Shown: in pieces, positions 9,178 to 19,118 of the stretch
Numbering within the stretch: the stretch's first letter is position 1
How the letters are laid out: the number at the start of each line of letters is the position of its first letter
IMG/VR virus record: IMGVR_UViG_3300036818_000065
Span: 1 to 50,820 of that record
DNA: 50,820 nucleotides
Direction: 5' to 3' (one strand)
DNA from: a virus
Taxonomy: Duplodnaviria; Caudoviricetes
Program-made: the position numbers and the translations under genes
The notes under the pieces: generated by a model
The model's database searches: none
What the model saw: the letters and a program-made list of their open reading frames with translations, nothing else
Told to the model about the DNA's origin: nothing

Positions 9178-9539
9178 CGGCCACTACGTTCCACAAGGTG
9201 CGGAGCAGCCACCCCGAGGACGACGCCGAAGGTAGGGTGTTCGCCCCTGGGGAGTTGGTCCCAAATCTTGATGTGGGCGATCCGTACAATCAGGAGAAGA
9301 TAGATTCTGGCGTCTTCTTCGAGATCGACGGAGAACCCATCCAAGAAGATCCAGCGCCCGGCGAGGGCAGTGCTGGTGATGAGGTCAATGCCAGCGATGC
9401 TGCTAAACGTCTGGCTGAGGAACATGAAATCGACCTGTCAACCATAGAAGGCACTGGCAAAGACGGCCGCATCATCGACACCGACGTAGAAAGTGTTGTT
9501 GAGGAACAGGACGATTCTAATCAGGAAGGAGACGACTAG
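9174..9539 (+). CDS. Small acidic protein with a C-terminal E3-binding (PSBD)-like domain
   Basis: ASDAAKRLAEEHEIDLSTIEGTGKDGRIIDTDV. Confidence 0.7.
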   Translation: MTATTFHKVRSSHPEDDAEGRVFAPGELVPNLDVGDPYNQEKIDSGVFFEIDGEPIQEDPAPGEGSAGDEVNASDAAKRLAEEHEIDLSTIEGTGKDGRIIDTDVESVVEEQDDSNQEGDD

Positions 9540-10987
9540 TGCCTGCACCAGGTAGCGAAGTCATTGAACGTCAGTCTCCTCCCTCTCGGTCTACGCCGAT
9601 TCAGAGCGGGTCGTGGTTCATTGCCGGAATGGCAGACCGTGGCTCGGTCAAAGAAGCGGTGACCGTCCGCAATCTACAACAGTTCGAAGACGCATTCGGA
9701 GAATTCGTCAGTTACGGAACGTTGTACAGCGCTGCGGACGTGTTCTTCCGCGAGGGAGGTTCGGTCCTTAATGCGACGAGGGTGGTAGGACCGGCTGCCA
9801 AATCAGCAACCATCACGATCAAAAACGCTAGCGCAGAAAACACTCTCGTCGTAACGGCTATCAGCCCCGGTGAATGGGGCAATGACGTCGACGTAGAAAT
9901 CACTGCTGGCCTGGTTGAAGGCAACTTCACCATCACTGTCCTGGAGGACGGCAAAGAGGTGGAGGGGTCACTCGAACTCGCCGACAATGAAGCAGCTGTG
10001 GCTTGGGCTGCAGAACAGTCCAAATACATCAGGTTGGAAGATCTGGGTAAAGGCGATCCCAAAGCCGGGAAAGCTGAATTGAAAGAAGGAGCTGACGACA
10101 GGAACAACGCTCTCGATTCGCATTGGGAAGAAGCAATTAACAACAACTTCCCAAAGTCGATGGGTCCTGGGCAGGTCAGCATGCCAGGTCGCACCACCGA
10201 CGCTAGCTATAAAGCGCAGCTGGAACATTCCTTTGAAAGGAATCGGATCGCTCTGCTGGACGGAACCGACACCTCCAGCAAAGCTACGTTGATCGGCGAC
10301 GCTGCAGTTGGCCGGGCAATGGGAGTTGTCGGGGGCAAAGGTGGGCTGTTTGGCAGCTGGTACATAGTGCCCGGCCTCGCACTCGGAACGACCAGGACGG
10401 TCCCGCCCAGCTGCGTGGAGGCAGGCATCCTTGCCCGCCTGGCATCAGAAGGGTACAGCCCCAACAAACCGGGCGCAGGCGAACGCTACGGCCGTTCACG
10501 CTACGCCATCGACCTCGCTCAGCCGGAATGGTCAGAAGATGACCGCTCCGACCTGAATGAAGCCGGGGTCAATGTTGCGGTCATGAAGGACAGTGTTGCC
10601 GTCAACATGGGGTTCAGGACCATGGTCAACCCTGTCTCTAACGACACCTGGTTGCTGCTAAGCAACTCTAGGCTGTATATGGAGATTGCTGCAAAAGCAA
10701 ATCAGATCGCGGACAGCTACGTGTTCGAGGAGATCGACGGCAAGGGATTGGTGTTTGCCAAACTCAACGGTGAGCTCACTGGCATGTTGCTTCCCTACTT
10801 CCCAGGTTCGCTCTACGGCGAAACCTTCGAAGAAGCAGTGTTCGTCAACACCGGCTCTCAGGTCAACACGGAACAGACCATTGCCGCCCGCGAAATCAAT
10901 GCTGTGATCGAGCTTCGCATGGCTCCTTATGGAGAGCGTGTGAAAATTGAAATCAGCAAGATCGCGACCACGGAGGCGATCGTCTGA
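9539..10987 (+). CDS. Contractile tail sheath protein
   Basis: MPAPG..VIE, FEDAFG, FFREGG, AISPGEWGN, VPPS and LNEAGVN are sheath motifs; 482 aa. Confidence 0.9.
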   Translation: MPAPGSEVIERQSPPSRSTPIQSGSWFIAGMADRGSVKEAVTVRNLQQFEDAFGEFVSYGTLYSAADVFFREGGSVLNATRVVGPAAKSATITIKNASAENTLVVTAISPGEWGNDVDVEITAGLVEGNFTITVLEDGKEVEGSLELADNEAAVAWAAEQSKYIRLEDLGKGDPKAGKAELKEGADDRNNALDSHWEEAINNNFPKSMGPGQVSMPGRTTDASYKAQLEHSFERNRIALLDGTDTSSKATLIGDAAVGRAMGVVGGKGGLFGSWYIVPGLALGTTRTVPPSCVEAGILARLASEGYSPNKPGAGERYGRSRYAIDLAQPEWSEDDRSDLNEAGVNVAVMKDSVAVNMGFRTMVNPVSNDTWLLLSNSRLYMEIAAKANQIADSYVFEEIDGKGLVFAKLNGELTGMLLPYFPGSLYGETFEEAVFVNTGSQVNTEQTIAAREINAVIELRMAPYGERVKIEISKIATTEAIV

Positions 10988-11409
10988 TGCCCAAGCCAAG
11001 CCGACAGGACATGTACAGCGTCACGGTCGTGGTGCAAGACATCGGGAATACCGACGTCTGGGACAAATGCGATGGTGGCGAGGTTGACTCAAGCGAGAAG
11101 AAGTACAAGCCCGGAGCGATGGCGAAAGAGCTGTCGCTTGGCGGATTGCAGTCGGTAGGGAATCTGACGATCTCCAGGTACTACGACCTGGATCGTGACG
11201 GCGCTATCAAAAAGAAACTGATGTCTGGCGCCGGCAACAAAGAATGCGTCGTGACCAAGCAGCCGCTTGACGTCAATGGCATTCCGTACGGAGCTCCGGA
11301 CGTATACGCCGGAACTCTCAAAATGTGCAAACCGCCGGAGCCGGACAGCGAAGGATCTGACGAGGCGCGCATCGAAATCGAGGTCAGCAGCGCAGGCATC
11401 GTCGCCTAG
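10987..11409 (+). CDS. Tail tube protein
   Basis: Directly after the sheath; 140 aa; GGEVDS..KYKPG..LGG..NLTISR as in gp19-like tubes. Confidence 0.8.
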   Translation: MPKPSRQDMYSVTVVVQDIGNTDVWDKCDGGEVDSSEKKYKPGAMAKELSLGGLQSVGNLTISRYYDLDRDGAIKKKLMSGAGNKECVVTKQPLDVNGIPYGAPDVYAGTLKMCKPPEPDSEGSDEARIEIEVSSAGIVA

Positions 11410-11435
11410 CATGCTGGTTAAAGGAGGGAGCAAAT

Positions 11436-12008
11436 ATGAGTCAGGTAATAGACGAGCAAGAGCCGGGTAGCGGAGTTGAGCCCGAGGAAGAGGGCGCGGC
11501 TGTAAGTGAGGGCCGCGCCCAATCGGTGATGGAGCGACTCAAAGCCAAGCGCAATGCGATTGGTTCGGACACCACCGTCAAGCTACCCATTCCCGGATAC
11601 GATGGAGAGCTCGTTGGTGAATTCAAGCGCATGCGTTGGGAGGCTCTCTCGGACATCGCAGAAGCAGCCGAAAAGGGTCGCTCAAAACGCAGGCAGCTGA
11701 ATGGCCACGCAGACGTCATCGCCACTGCCCTGCAGCAGCTGCTGATCCGGAAACTGCTGCCGGGCGGCGACACCGAAGACATCCCGATGCATGAGATGTT
11801 CCCGGATGAATTTGGTGAGACCCCGGTTCGGTTCGATCCACGCCTGAGCAGCTGGATGGAACTTGAGATCGACGGCACCCCCACTGCCCGCAAGGTGGTG
11901 TTCGGGGTGTTCAGCAATGATCTGGCAGTCACCGCCATGCACAACGAACTTGGCGAATGGATGCAGTCCAGCAAGTCTGAGGAGGACGAGGATTTCTCGA
12001 AGAGCTGA
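11436..12008 (+). CDS. Tail assembly chaperone (gpG-like)
   Basis: Between tube and tape measure genes; ends in slippery-like G_GAT_TTC (11990-11996). Confidence 0.75.
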   Translation: MSQVIDEQEPGSGVEPEEEGAAVSEGRAQSVMERLKAKRNAIGSDTTVKLPIPGYDGELVGEFKRMRWEALSDIAEAAEKGRSKRRQLNGHADVIATALQQLLIRKLLPGGDTEDIPMHEMFPDEFGETPVRFDPRLSSWMELEIDGTPTARKVVFGVFSNDLAVTAMHNELGEWMQSSKSEEDEDFSKS

Positions 12009-12217
12009 CGTATGGTGAGAACTCGATCGACATGGCGGCGAGGGTGCTCCTGGTTGGGGGAACTTTGAACGTGGTTGATGTCTTGAATGTCAAAGACCAA
12101 ACCGAGTTCACTATCCTTGACGTCATCGTCGATCGGGCTGCAGAATTTCAGGAAGTTCGAGACAAGAACCTAGCAACTGACATCGCCAACAAGATTGCAA
12201 AGAGCCAGAGGAAATAA
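11990..12217 (+). CDS. Tail assembly chaperone -1 frameshift extension (gpT-like)
   Basis: The -1 frame reads GGA TTT CTC GAA GAG CTG... with no stop into ORF 12032-12217. Confidence 0.65.
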   Translation, partial: GFLEELTYGENSIDMAARVLLVGGTLNVVDVLNVKDQTEFTILDVIVDRAAEFQEVRDKNLATDIANKIAKSQRK

Positions 12218-14622
12218 TGGGCCTGACTGAGGAGCAGATTGGTGTGAAGATGCGCCTACAGGGCACGTCTGAATATCAGGCCCAGATGAAGAAAAGTACG
12301 GACGTCACTCTGGCATACGGTGACGCCGCTGAGCGTGCTGGGGCTCAGGCCAAATCTGGCGCGGTTGGCATTGACGCTATGGCAGCGTCATCCAAAAAAG
12401 GCGTTGGTTCTCTAGAACGAATGAAGAAGGCCGGTGAGGGACTCAAGTCCACCGGCAGCAAGTTGACGGGAGCGTTCACCGTGCCCATCGCCCTCATCGG
12501 CGGCGTGGGCGTGAAGATGGCGCTTGACTTTAGCGATGCGATGGAGCAAATCTCCACGCAGGCAGGTGCATCGCAGCGAGAAGTTGGAATCATGACTAAA
12601 AAAGTCATGGAATTTGCTGCGTCTGGAAAATCATCTGAGGGACCCAATCAACTAGCAGAAGGCTTGTATAGCATCGAGTCGGCTGGCTTCCGAGGGAAAC
12701 GTGCATTTGAAGCGCTGGTCAGGTCGGAGCAGCTGGCGACCGTAGGACACGCAGACTTCGGCAAAACTTCCAAAGCCGTAGCAGCCGCCATGGCCACCCA
12801 GATCAAGGGTACCCAGAACTTGGGTGAAACCGTCGGACTGATGAACAGCATCGTCGGAATTGGGTCCATGCGGATGGAAGACCTGCTGTCAGCGATGGGC
12901 ACCGGCCTTCTGGACAAATCGGCTGGCCTCGGGCTTTCCTTGCAGGAAGTCGGGGCAGCGTTGGGAGTGCTCACTACGACGGGCACCCCGGCTGCAGCAT
13001 CCAGCACCCGCATGGCAATGGCCTTTAACATGATGGCTGCCCCGACGGAAAAAGCGGCCAAGGCTATGGAATCGATTGGCCTTAGCGAATCGCAGCTTGC
13101 AATGAGCATGCGCCAGCGAGGCCTGGTGCCAACCATCGAACTTTTGAAAAGCAAACTGGACGAAACTTTCGGAACCAACAAGCAGGGGTTGGTTGAACAG
13201 TCTAAGGCCATCAGTGAAATGTTCGGTGGCGGTCGTACCAGTGGCGGCATCATCAGCCTTATGCGCCACATCGACATGCTCAAATCAAAGACCGGAGAAC
13301 TCACCGGTTCTCAGGAGAAATTCAAACACGCCTTGGAGCACACTGAGGAGCAGCCCATCACGAAACTGCATCAAGCTTGGGCGCAGGCCCAGACGGTGTT
13401 GATCGAACTAGGGAACATCTTGATTCCCGTCCTGACTAAGGTAGTCAAATTCTTCACCGGACTGTTTCAAGCATTCTCTCATCTTCCTCCTAGCGTCAAG
13501 CAGGTGATTGTGTTCGCGATGCTGGCGATAGGTGTTCTCGGCCCGTTGCTGTCACTGATTGGAACTATGACTATTGGGATAGTTGCTCTTGGTGATGCAC
13601 TGATGTTCTTGGCCACCAACCCGGTCGGCGCGGTCATCACTGCAGTGGCGCTGGCAGCGATTGGATTCTACACTTTGTACACTCAAGTCGAATGGTTTCA
13701 CAAGGCTGTAGACGATGTTGTTAGCTTCTTGAAGGCGCACCCGCTACTGCTGTTTGGCATCAGCCCGTTCTTGGCCGAGGTGGTACTCATAATTCAGCAC
13801 TTTGACTGGATCAAGAACGCTGTACACAACGTCATTCACTTCTTCGAACTTCTACCCCAGCGGGCTTTGGCAGGAGTTCAAGCGCTCCCGGGTTTGATCA
13901 AAACTCTGGTGATTAAGTCCATTGTGTTCATGGCACTACTACCGATCAAGGTTCCGATCTTTTTTGTTCAGATGGGGATAAAGATCGTGGGCATCCTGAT
14001 AGGTTTGCTTCCCAAGCTGCTCAGCATCGGCGGGAAGATGGCGGTATTTATCGGCCACGGTGTTGCTCAAGGTGCATCTGCCATCTGGGGCTGGGTCAAG
14101 ACGCTGCCAGGCAAGTTCATGTCCGCCGTGGCTTCGATCGCTTCGCAGCTGGCAAGTGTCGGCGCTAACATCGCCAAGGAAATTGCCAACGGTCTGAAGA
14201 ACGAATTGTTGTCAATACTGCCCGGCCCTGTCAAGGATGCGCTCGAAGGAGCGACTGGGGTGGCAGGTGAAGTTGGCGGCTTCCTTGGTGGCGTGTTTGC
14301 GAGCGGCACCACCTTTGCGCCGGGCGGCATTTCACTGGTGGGCGAGCAAGGTCCGGAGCTGGTTAACCTGCCACGTGGCTCAGAAGTCATCAATGCCTCC
14401 CGCACCCGGCGCGTCATGGACAGCCCTGAAGCCACCGTACGGCCGCTGCGCTACCGGGGTGGGCCTACCCCCACGCGGCTTGAAAATGGGCGCGTACGTG
14501 GTGCAGGCGTGGCCAAGCGGCCTCCTATACGCCAGCCTATCAAGGTTGAGATGAAGGTTAGCAGGCGTACCTTCGGCGAGGCCATGGTGATGGCCCTGAT
14601 TGACGACGAGGAGAACGAATGA
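12217..14622 (+). CDS. Tape measure protein
   Basis: 801 aa, Ala/Gly-rich and helical; TP901-like core; hydrophobic segments; C-terminal FASG...LVGEQGPELVNLPRGSEV motif. Confidence 0.9.
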   Translation: MGLTEEQIGVKMRLQGTSEYQAQMKKSTDVTLAYGDAAERAGAQAKSGAVGIDAMAASSKKGVGSLERMKKAGEGLKSTGSKLTGAFTVPIALIGGVGVKMALDFSDAMEQISTQAGASQREVGIMTKKVMEFAASGKSSEGPNQLAEGLYSIESAGFRGKRAFEALVRSEQLATVGHADFGKTSKAVAAAMATQIKGTQNLGETVGLMNSIVGIGSMRMEDLLSAMGTGLLDKSAGLGLSLQEVGAALGVLTTTGTPAAASSTRMAMAFNMMAAPTEKAAKAMESIGLSESQLAMSMRQRGLVPTIELLKSKLDETFGTNKQGLVEQSKAISEMFGGGRTSGGIISLMRHIDMLKSKTGELTGSQEKFKHALEHTEEQPITKLHQAWAQAQTVLIELGNILIPVLTKVVKFFTGLFQAFSHLPPSVKQVIVFAMLAIGVLGPLLSLIGTMTIGIVALGDALMFLATNPVGAVITAVALAAIGFYTLYTQVEWFHKAVDDVVSFLKAHPLLLFGISPFLAEVVLIIQHFDWIKNAVHNVIHFFELLPQRALAGVQALPGLIKTLVIKSIVFMALLPIKVPIFFVQMGIKIVGILIGLLPKLLSIGGKMAVFIGHGVAQGASAIWGWVKTLPGKFMSAVASIASQLASVGANIAKEIANGLKNELLSILPGPVKDALEGATGVAGEVGGFLGGVFASGTTFAPGGISLVGEQGPELVNLPRGSEVINASRTRRVMDSPEATVRPLRYRGGPTPTRLENGRVRGAGVAKRPPIRQPIKVEMKVSRRTFGEAMVMALIDDEENE

Positions 14623-15302
14623 GTGAATTCCTCAGGATCTTGGCTCCTTCCGTCAACGTCGACCTAAAAGTCTTGATGGGCGCGGGAGCTGCAACTCCGA
14701 CCGGAGGCATTGGCGGTTGGACTCAAGAGGAACGCCCTGATGCCAAAAACCTGACGGAGTGGAAAGGCAACTCCACTGTCACCCAGGACATACCGATTTT
14801 GATTAATGGATTCATGGACGGCAACAATGTACAAGGGCAAGCCAACGACATCATTGCTTTGGGACGCAATCCCGAAGACGATGAAGTGCCGCCTGTGTTC
14901 CGGATGTTTGGGGCCATCTGGTTCCCTTGGTTCGCATGGGTGCTTGAAGGAATCAGTTGGGGTGAAGAACCTGGCGACGAGGTGATTCGTGACACCGACA
15001 CCACTTTGCTCCGACAGGAACTTACCTTGCACGTGGCTGAGTTCGAAGACCCTGATCAGATCAGGATCAAACGCATCAGGCACGCTTTCGGGGTTGGCAA
15101 GGGTGGTGGTGTCAACGCTCCTGGCAACATCTACATAGTACACAAAGGCGACACTATCGCTAGCATTGCGGCAAAAGTGTACGGTGATAGATCAGTTTGG
15201 AAAGTGCTAGCGAAGAAGAACGGAATTCGCGACCCCAATGCGGAATTGAAACCGGGCCGGGAGATCAAACTGCCTGCCAATCCTTGGGCCAACAATGGCT
15301 AA
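14619..15302 (+). CDS. Tail tube initiator with C-terminal LysM domain
   Basis: YIVHKGDTIASIAAKVYGD...LAKKNGIRDP..LKPGREIKLP is a LysM domain; follows the tape measure gene. Confidence 0.85.
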   Translation: MSEFLRILAPSVNVDLKVLMGAGAATPTGGIGGWTQEERPDAKNLTEWKGNSTVTQDIPILINGFMDGNNVQGQANDIIALGRNPEDDEVPPVFRMFGAIWFPWFAWVLEGISWGEEPGDEVIRDTDTTLLRQELTLHVAEFEDPDQIRIKRIRHAFGVGKGGGVNAPGNIYIVHKGDTIASIAAKVYGDRSVWKVLAKKNGIRDPNAELKPGREIKLPANPWANNG

Positions 15303-17184
15303 GACCAAGCATCATTCCAAGCGTCGCGAGAACAACCGTGTTCTTGGAATAGGACAGGACATTCGTGACATCAAACTGGTTGCCGATAACAGGCCGCTTC
15401 TGGTCGTCATTGGCGGCACTGTCTTAGACGCCCGCATCACCAGGACCATTGCTGGCGCCAGCAACATACAGATCACCGTTCATGACCCGGAACGAAAGCT
15501 GCTTCGGAATAAGATTTTAGAAGAAAAATGGTCGGTAGACATCGATGGCCTGAAGTTCCGGTATAAAGGAAAATCTAAGGCTGGTCCAGACATCACTTTG
15601 AAATTCATCGAAGAGAACGCTGCCCGGCTGCAGGAAGTGATGGGGACTCGCAAAGCCTACCGAGACCAGGTAACCAGGGCCGAGTTCATCTTGAGCGAGG
15701 TGCGCGAAGCCAAGGGACCAGAGATACCGGTTCGTATCTTCGAGCTTCACAAAGACCAGCCCATCAAACACGAAAAGGAACGACAGACCAAAAAGGAAGA
15801 ACGCAACGAATCTGGGGAGGAACACACCCAAGGCGAACCGGGTTTGGGGCAAGCCGACGTCGGCAACATCACCCTCAAGCACGTCAAGGCCACCGCACCG
15901 CAGGTTCACATCCTGGACACCGTGCTGGAAACTGGAATGAGCATGGGCGTGTCATTCAAGTTGCTGGTCTGCTCTGTCATGACCGTGACGCAGGAGAGCG
16001 ACGCAGAGGACCTGAACATCAAATCTGGACCCAATGGAGAAGGATATGGACCGTTCAGCCAAACTGCCGAATGGCGCAACGCTGGCTACCCAGGTGGAGT
16101 GCATGGCGACGTCGTGCAGTGCGCTCGGGGGTTCTTCCAAGTTGCGAGCCGGGTAGACAAAGCGCATCCGGACATGGCAAAGGGGCCGCTGTGCCAGGAA
16201 GTGCAACACGCCGGAGCGGGGCAGCTATACAGCCAGTGGGAAGATGAGTCAACCAAGACGGTCGAAACCTACTTGGGCGGCGCAGATGTGGGCAGTGTTG
16301 AGCAGACTGTCAAGGAGCGCTATGCCTTTGAGCGTGAAAAAAAGGAAAGCGCCTGGACCAACGCCAAAGAATTGGCCAAGGAGGTGCAGTGGCGTCGGTT
16401 TATGGTTGCTGGCAATTTCTTCTACGTCCCCGACACCTTCCTCATGCGTGGGAAAAAGCGCGCAAATATAGATGAGGACGACAGTGGTATTGACACCATA
16501 GACTTTGAAGACCATGAGAACCTCGAAGTCATGGAGGCCACTGTATCTTGCAGGGCTCCATACTGGAAGGTTCCGCCCGGATGCATAGTACAGCTGAACA
16601 AGAAAATGGGTTCGGCTCAGGGCTTGTATCTGGTCACCACCATCGAAGCAAGCCTGTTCGACAGCGACCCCAACATCACTGTCAAAATCCACAAACCGGT
16701 ACAGCCTCTCAAGGAGCCAGCTCCTTCCACTCACACCAATTCCATCAGTGTTCCTGGTAGTGGTAACGCTGAATTGGCAGGAGCACCTCAGAAGGTTGTC
16801 GAGATCATTGAATGGATTGATGAAGCAACTGACAAGGGAACCAACTACCTGGGGGGTGGTGGACATGGTTCCTTTGGAACTCCTGAGAGTGAAAAGGACT
16901 GCTCGGGCTTTGTGTCGGCTGCGGTTCACGCGGCTGGTTACCTTTCGCATCCGATCTCATCTGCCGAATTTGCCAGCGTGTTCGATAGTGGTCCTGGTGA
17001 TTGGGTAACGATCTATGGGGACTCTAAGCACGTCTTCCTAAAAGTGAAATATCCAGATGGACACTGGCGCTTTGCTGGCACCGGAGGTCCTACTGGATCG
17101 GGTGGATGGGTGCCAGAAAGTAATGCAACCTCGGGTGCTGCTGGTATTGGATCGAAAGTAGCTTCTCACCCGCCGGGATTGTAA
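15295..17184 (+). CDS. Baseplate hub with lysozyme-like insertion and C-terminal NlpC/P60-like peptidase
   Basis: Position; TQES...YGPFSQ...W (lysozyme-like); YLGGGGH...DCSGFVS...HVF (NlpC/P60-like Cys/His). Confidence 0.65.
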   Translation: MAKTKHHSKRRENNRVLGIGQDIRDIKLVADNRPLLVVIGGTVLDARITRTIAGASNIQITVHDPERKLLRNKILEEKWSVDIDGLKFRYKGKSKAGPDITLKFIEENAARLQEVMGTRKAYRDQVTRAEFILSEVREAKGPEIPVRIFELHKDQPIKHEKERQTKKEERNESGEEHTQGEPGLGQADVGNITLKHVKATAPQVHILDTVLETGMSMGVSFKLLVCSVMTVTQESDAEDLNIKSGPNGEGYGPFSQTAEWRNAGYPGGVHGDVVQCARGFFQVASRVDKAHPDMAKGPLCQEVQHAGAGQLYSQWEDESTKTVETYLGGADVGSVEQTVKERYAFEREKKESAWTNAKELAKEVQWRRFMVAGNFFYVPDTFLMRGKKRANIDEDDSGIDTIDFEDHENLEVMEATVSCRAPYWKVPPGCIVQLNKKMGSAQGLYLVTTIEASLFDSDPNITVKIHKPVQPLKEPAPSTHTNSISVPGSGNAELAGAPQKVVEIIEWIDEATDKGTNYLGGGGHGSFGTPESEKDCSGFVSAAVHAAGYLSHPISSAEFASVFDSGPGDWVTIYGDSKHVFLKVKYPDGHWRFAGTGGPTGSGGWVPESNATSGAAGIGSKVASHPPGL

Positions 17185-17642
17185 TGCCCAAACCTTCTGA
17201 ACAGATCAGCAACACTGTAGGTTCGTCGTCAGGCGAACAGCAGATGTATTCTGCTGTTGTTAGCAACGACGCATTGTCGCCCAGCGACGAGGTGTGGGTG
17301 ACTGTTCCTGACTTCGATGAAGGCGTCCATAAATTTGGACCGGTAGTTTGGAAGCCAGTTGTGAACGACAAAGGCATCTTCTATCCAAAGAAAGATGCTG
17401 CTTGCTTAATCTCCAAACCTGATCCGACTTTGAAGATTTGGATGCCTGAGTTTGAAGAGGCAGAGGAACCTGATGTTGTGCAGGCATCTGGCTTGCTGGA
17501 CACTGAAGGTTTGGGAGTGATCATCGTCGAAGACAATGAAGAGGACGAAACGCCTCGACCCAAAGGCTTTGCTCACCGCTGGTGGTTTGCTCACAAAGCC
17601 CCCAAAGAGGCAGTCCTCAACGACATTTGGACTAGGAGATAG
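17184..17642 (+). CDS. Baseplate spike/assembly-like protein
   Basis: After the hub; VWVTVPDF...YPKKDAACLI resembles the gpV OB-fold N-terminus. Confidence 0.5.
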   Translation: MPKPSEQISNTVGSSSGEQQMYSAVVSNDALSPSDEVWVTVPDFDEGVHKFGPVVWKPVVNDKGIFYPKKDAACLISKPDPTLKIWMPEFEEAEEPDVVQASGLLDTEGLGVIIVEDNEEDETPRPKGFAHRWWFAHKAPKEAVLNDIWTRR

Positions 17643-17643
17643 C

Positions 17644-18045
17644 ATGCTGCTCTTTTACTTGTTGCTGGCGCTGTCGTTCATCACGAACAGCGTCAAAGAA
17701 GGAATTCTCAAAGCCTTCAAAAATGAAGCTGCGACCAAATACGAAGAAGTATGGGTCAAGCTGTACAAAGGTAATCCAGGAGAAGCTGGTACGGCGGAAG
17801 CAGCCGGTGAAACGAAACGTCTAAAAGTAACGCTCACCGGCACTACGGTTCTCAAGAACAACGCTGCCCTCCTCTGGTCCGGGGTGTCTACGGCAGAGAC
17901 TCCAAAATTCCTTGGCTTCTGGACCACGGAAGGCGGAGGTACGTTCTTGGGCTACACCGAACTTGCAGCTGAATACCAGAAAGCCGTCAGCATCGGGGAC
18001 AACATCGAAATCCCCAAAGAAGGCTTTGAATGGAAAGTCGCATAG
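17644..18045 (+). CDS. Minor tail protein
   Basis: ATG 17644 with GGAG; VWVKLYKGNPGEAGT...GFWTTEGGGTFLG pattern common in phage tail modules. Confidence 0.6.
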   Translation: MLLFYLLLALSFITNSVKEGILKAFKNEAATKYEEVWVKLYKGNPGEAGTAEAAGETKRLKVTLTGTTVLKNNAALLWSGVSTAETPKFLGFWTTEGGGTFLGYTELAAEYQKAVSIGDNIEIPKEGFEWKVA

Positions 18046-18060
18046 CAAGGTAGTCTGCTC

Positions 18061-19116
18061 GTGGCCATTGCTTACAAAGGCAACAAAGAACTCGGGTACG
18101 TTGAACGTACCTCGATGGAACTTGAAAAGCCTGGGGAATCTGGCCAAATAGTTCTGATATGGATCTATGTCGAGAACCCAACGTTGAAAAAATTCACGGT
18201 CGAACAAGGGTCTAATGCCTGCACCCAGATTACTCCAGATGTCCTTGCAGGTGCTGCATTCTGCACCGGTGCATACTGGTGCGTTCACGATGGCACCAGC
18301 AGCAAAATCAAAGTGGAATGGGAAGGCGCTGCTAAACATGGATCGGTTCTGGTTCTTGACGCCTTCAGCGGAGTAGACACCACCACTCCGGTTGATGTCA
18401 CTGGCGTCATTCAGACTGGCGAAGCCACGGCTCTGAAATGGGCTGCACTAGAAATTGTCACTAAAGGGGCCTGGCAGATTGGGATGCAGTCTAATACTAG
18501 TGGCGAAGGGTTGTCCTCAACTCCAGCGGGATGGACGTTGCGTACCAATAGCTCGCCTCAGACGTTTTCCATAGAACGCGCAGCAACCGGAGCTACCGGT
18601 GAAACGGAAATCAAATGGACTGTCAAACATCTGTCAGCCCGATGCACCATGGCGCTGCGACCATCTGGCGGCGCCAAAACGGTAGAAATTAAAGCGGCTA
18701 TGTCGATGACTGTTACGCAGGCATCTAAACTTCTCCGAACCAGAGTGTTGAAAGCCGCACAAGAAATGACCTCTTCTTGGGCGGTCACTGTCTTGCGTAC
18801 CAGGGTGCTGAAAGCTGCTCAACAGATGACGGTATCAGTGACGTCTAGCTTGCTACGGACCAGGGTGCTCAAAGCAGTGCAATCTATGACTGTTTCGTTC
18901 AGCGCCAAAACTGCCTTGACGAAAGTGCTCATTGCTACCTTGAGCATGAACAACATGATAACCGCCAAAGTGGTCAGGACCAGAGTGCTCAAATCGGTCT
19001 TGGAAATGACCAACGTGATTTCGGTCAAACTGATCAGCGAAAAAGGATACGAACCAGGGACTTACCTCAAGACCGGACCTGGCGACGACGACTGGACTTT
19101 GATCATCAAAGGATAG
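18061..19116 (+). CDS. Minor tail / fibre-like protein with 20-aa repeats
   Basis: Beta-rich N-terminal domain followed by tandem LRTRVLKAxxxMT repeats; located in the tail module. Confidence 0.6.
   Translation: MAIAYKGNKELGYVERTSMELEKPGESGQIVLIWIYVENPTLKKFTVEQGSNACTQITPDVLAGAAFCTGAYWCVHDGTSSKIKVEWEGAAKHGSVLVLDAFSGVDTTTPVDVTGVIQTGEATALKWAALEIVTKGAWQIGMQSNTSGEGLSSTPAGWTLRTNSSPQTFSIERAATGATGETEIKWTVKHLSARCTMALRPSGGAKTVEIKAAMSMTVTQASKLLRTRVLKAAQEMTSSWAVTVLRTRVLKAAQQMTVSVTSSLLRTRVLKAVQSMTVSFSAKTALTKVLIATLSMNNMITAKVVRTRVLKSVLEMTNVISVKLISEKGYEPGTYLKTGPGDDDWTLIIKG
18676..19035 (+). repeat. Degenerate intragenic 60-bp tandem repeat (about 6 units)
   Basis: A unit encoding RTRVLK or a variant starts at 18736, 18796, 18856, 18916 (degenerate) and 18976, exactly 60 bp apart; a weaker unit starts at 18676. 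Confidence 0.8.
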
Positions 19117-19118
19117 AC

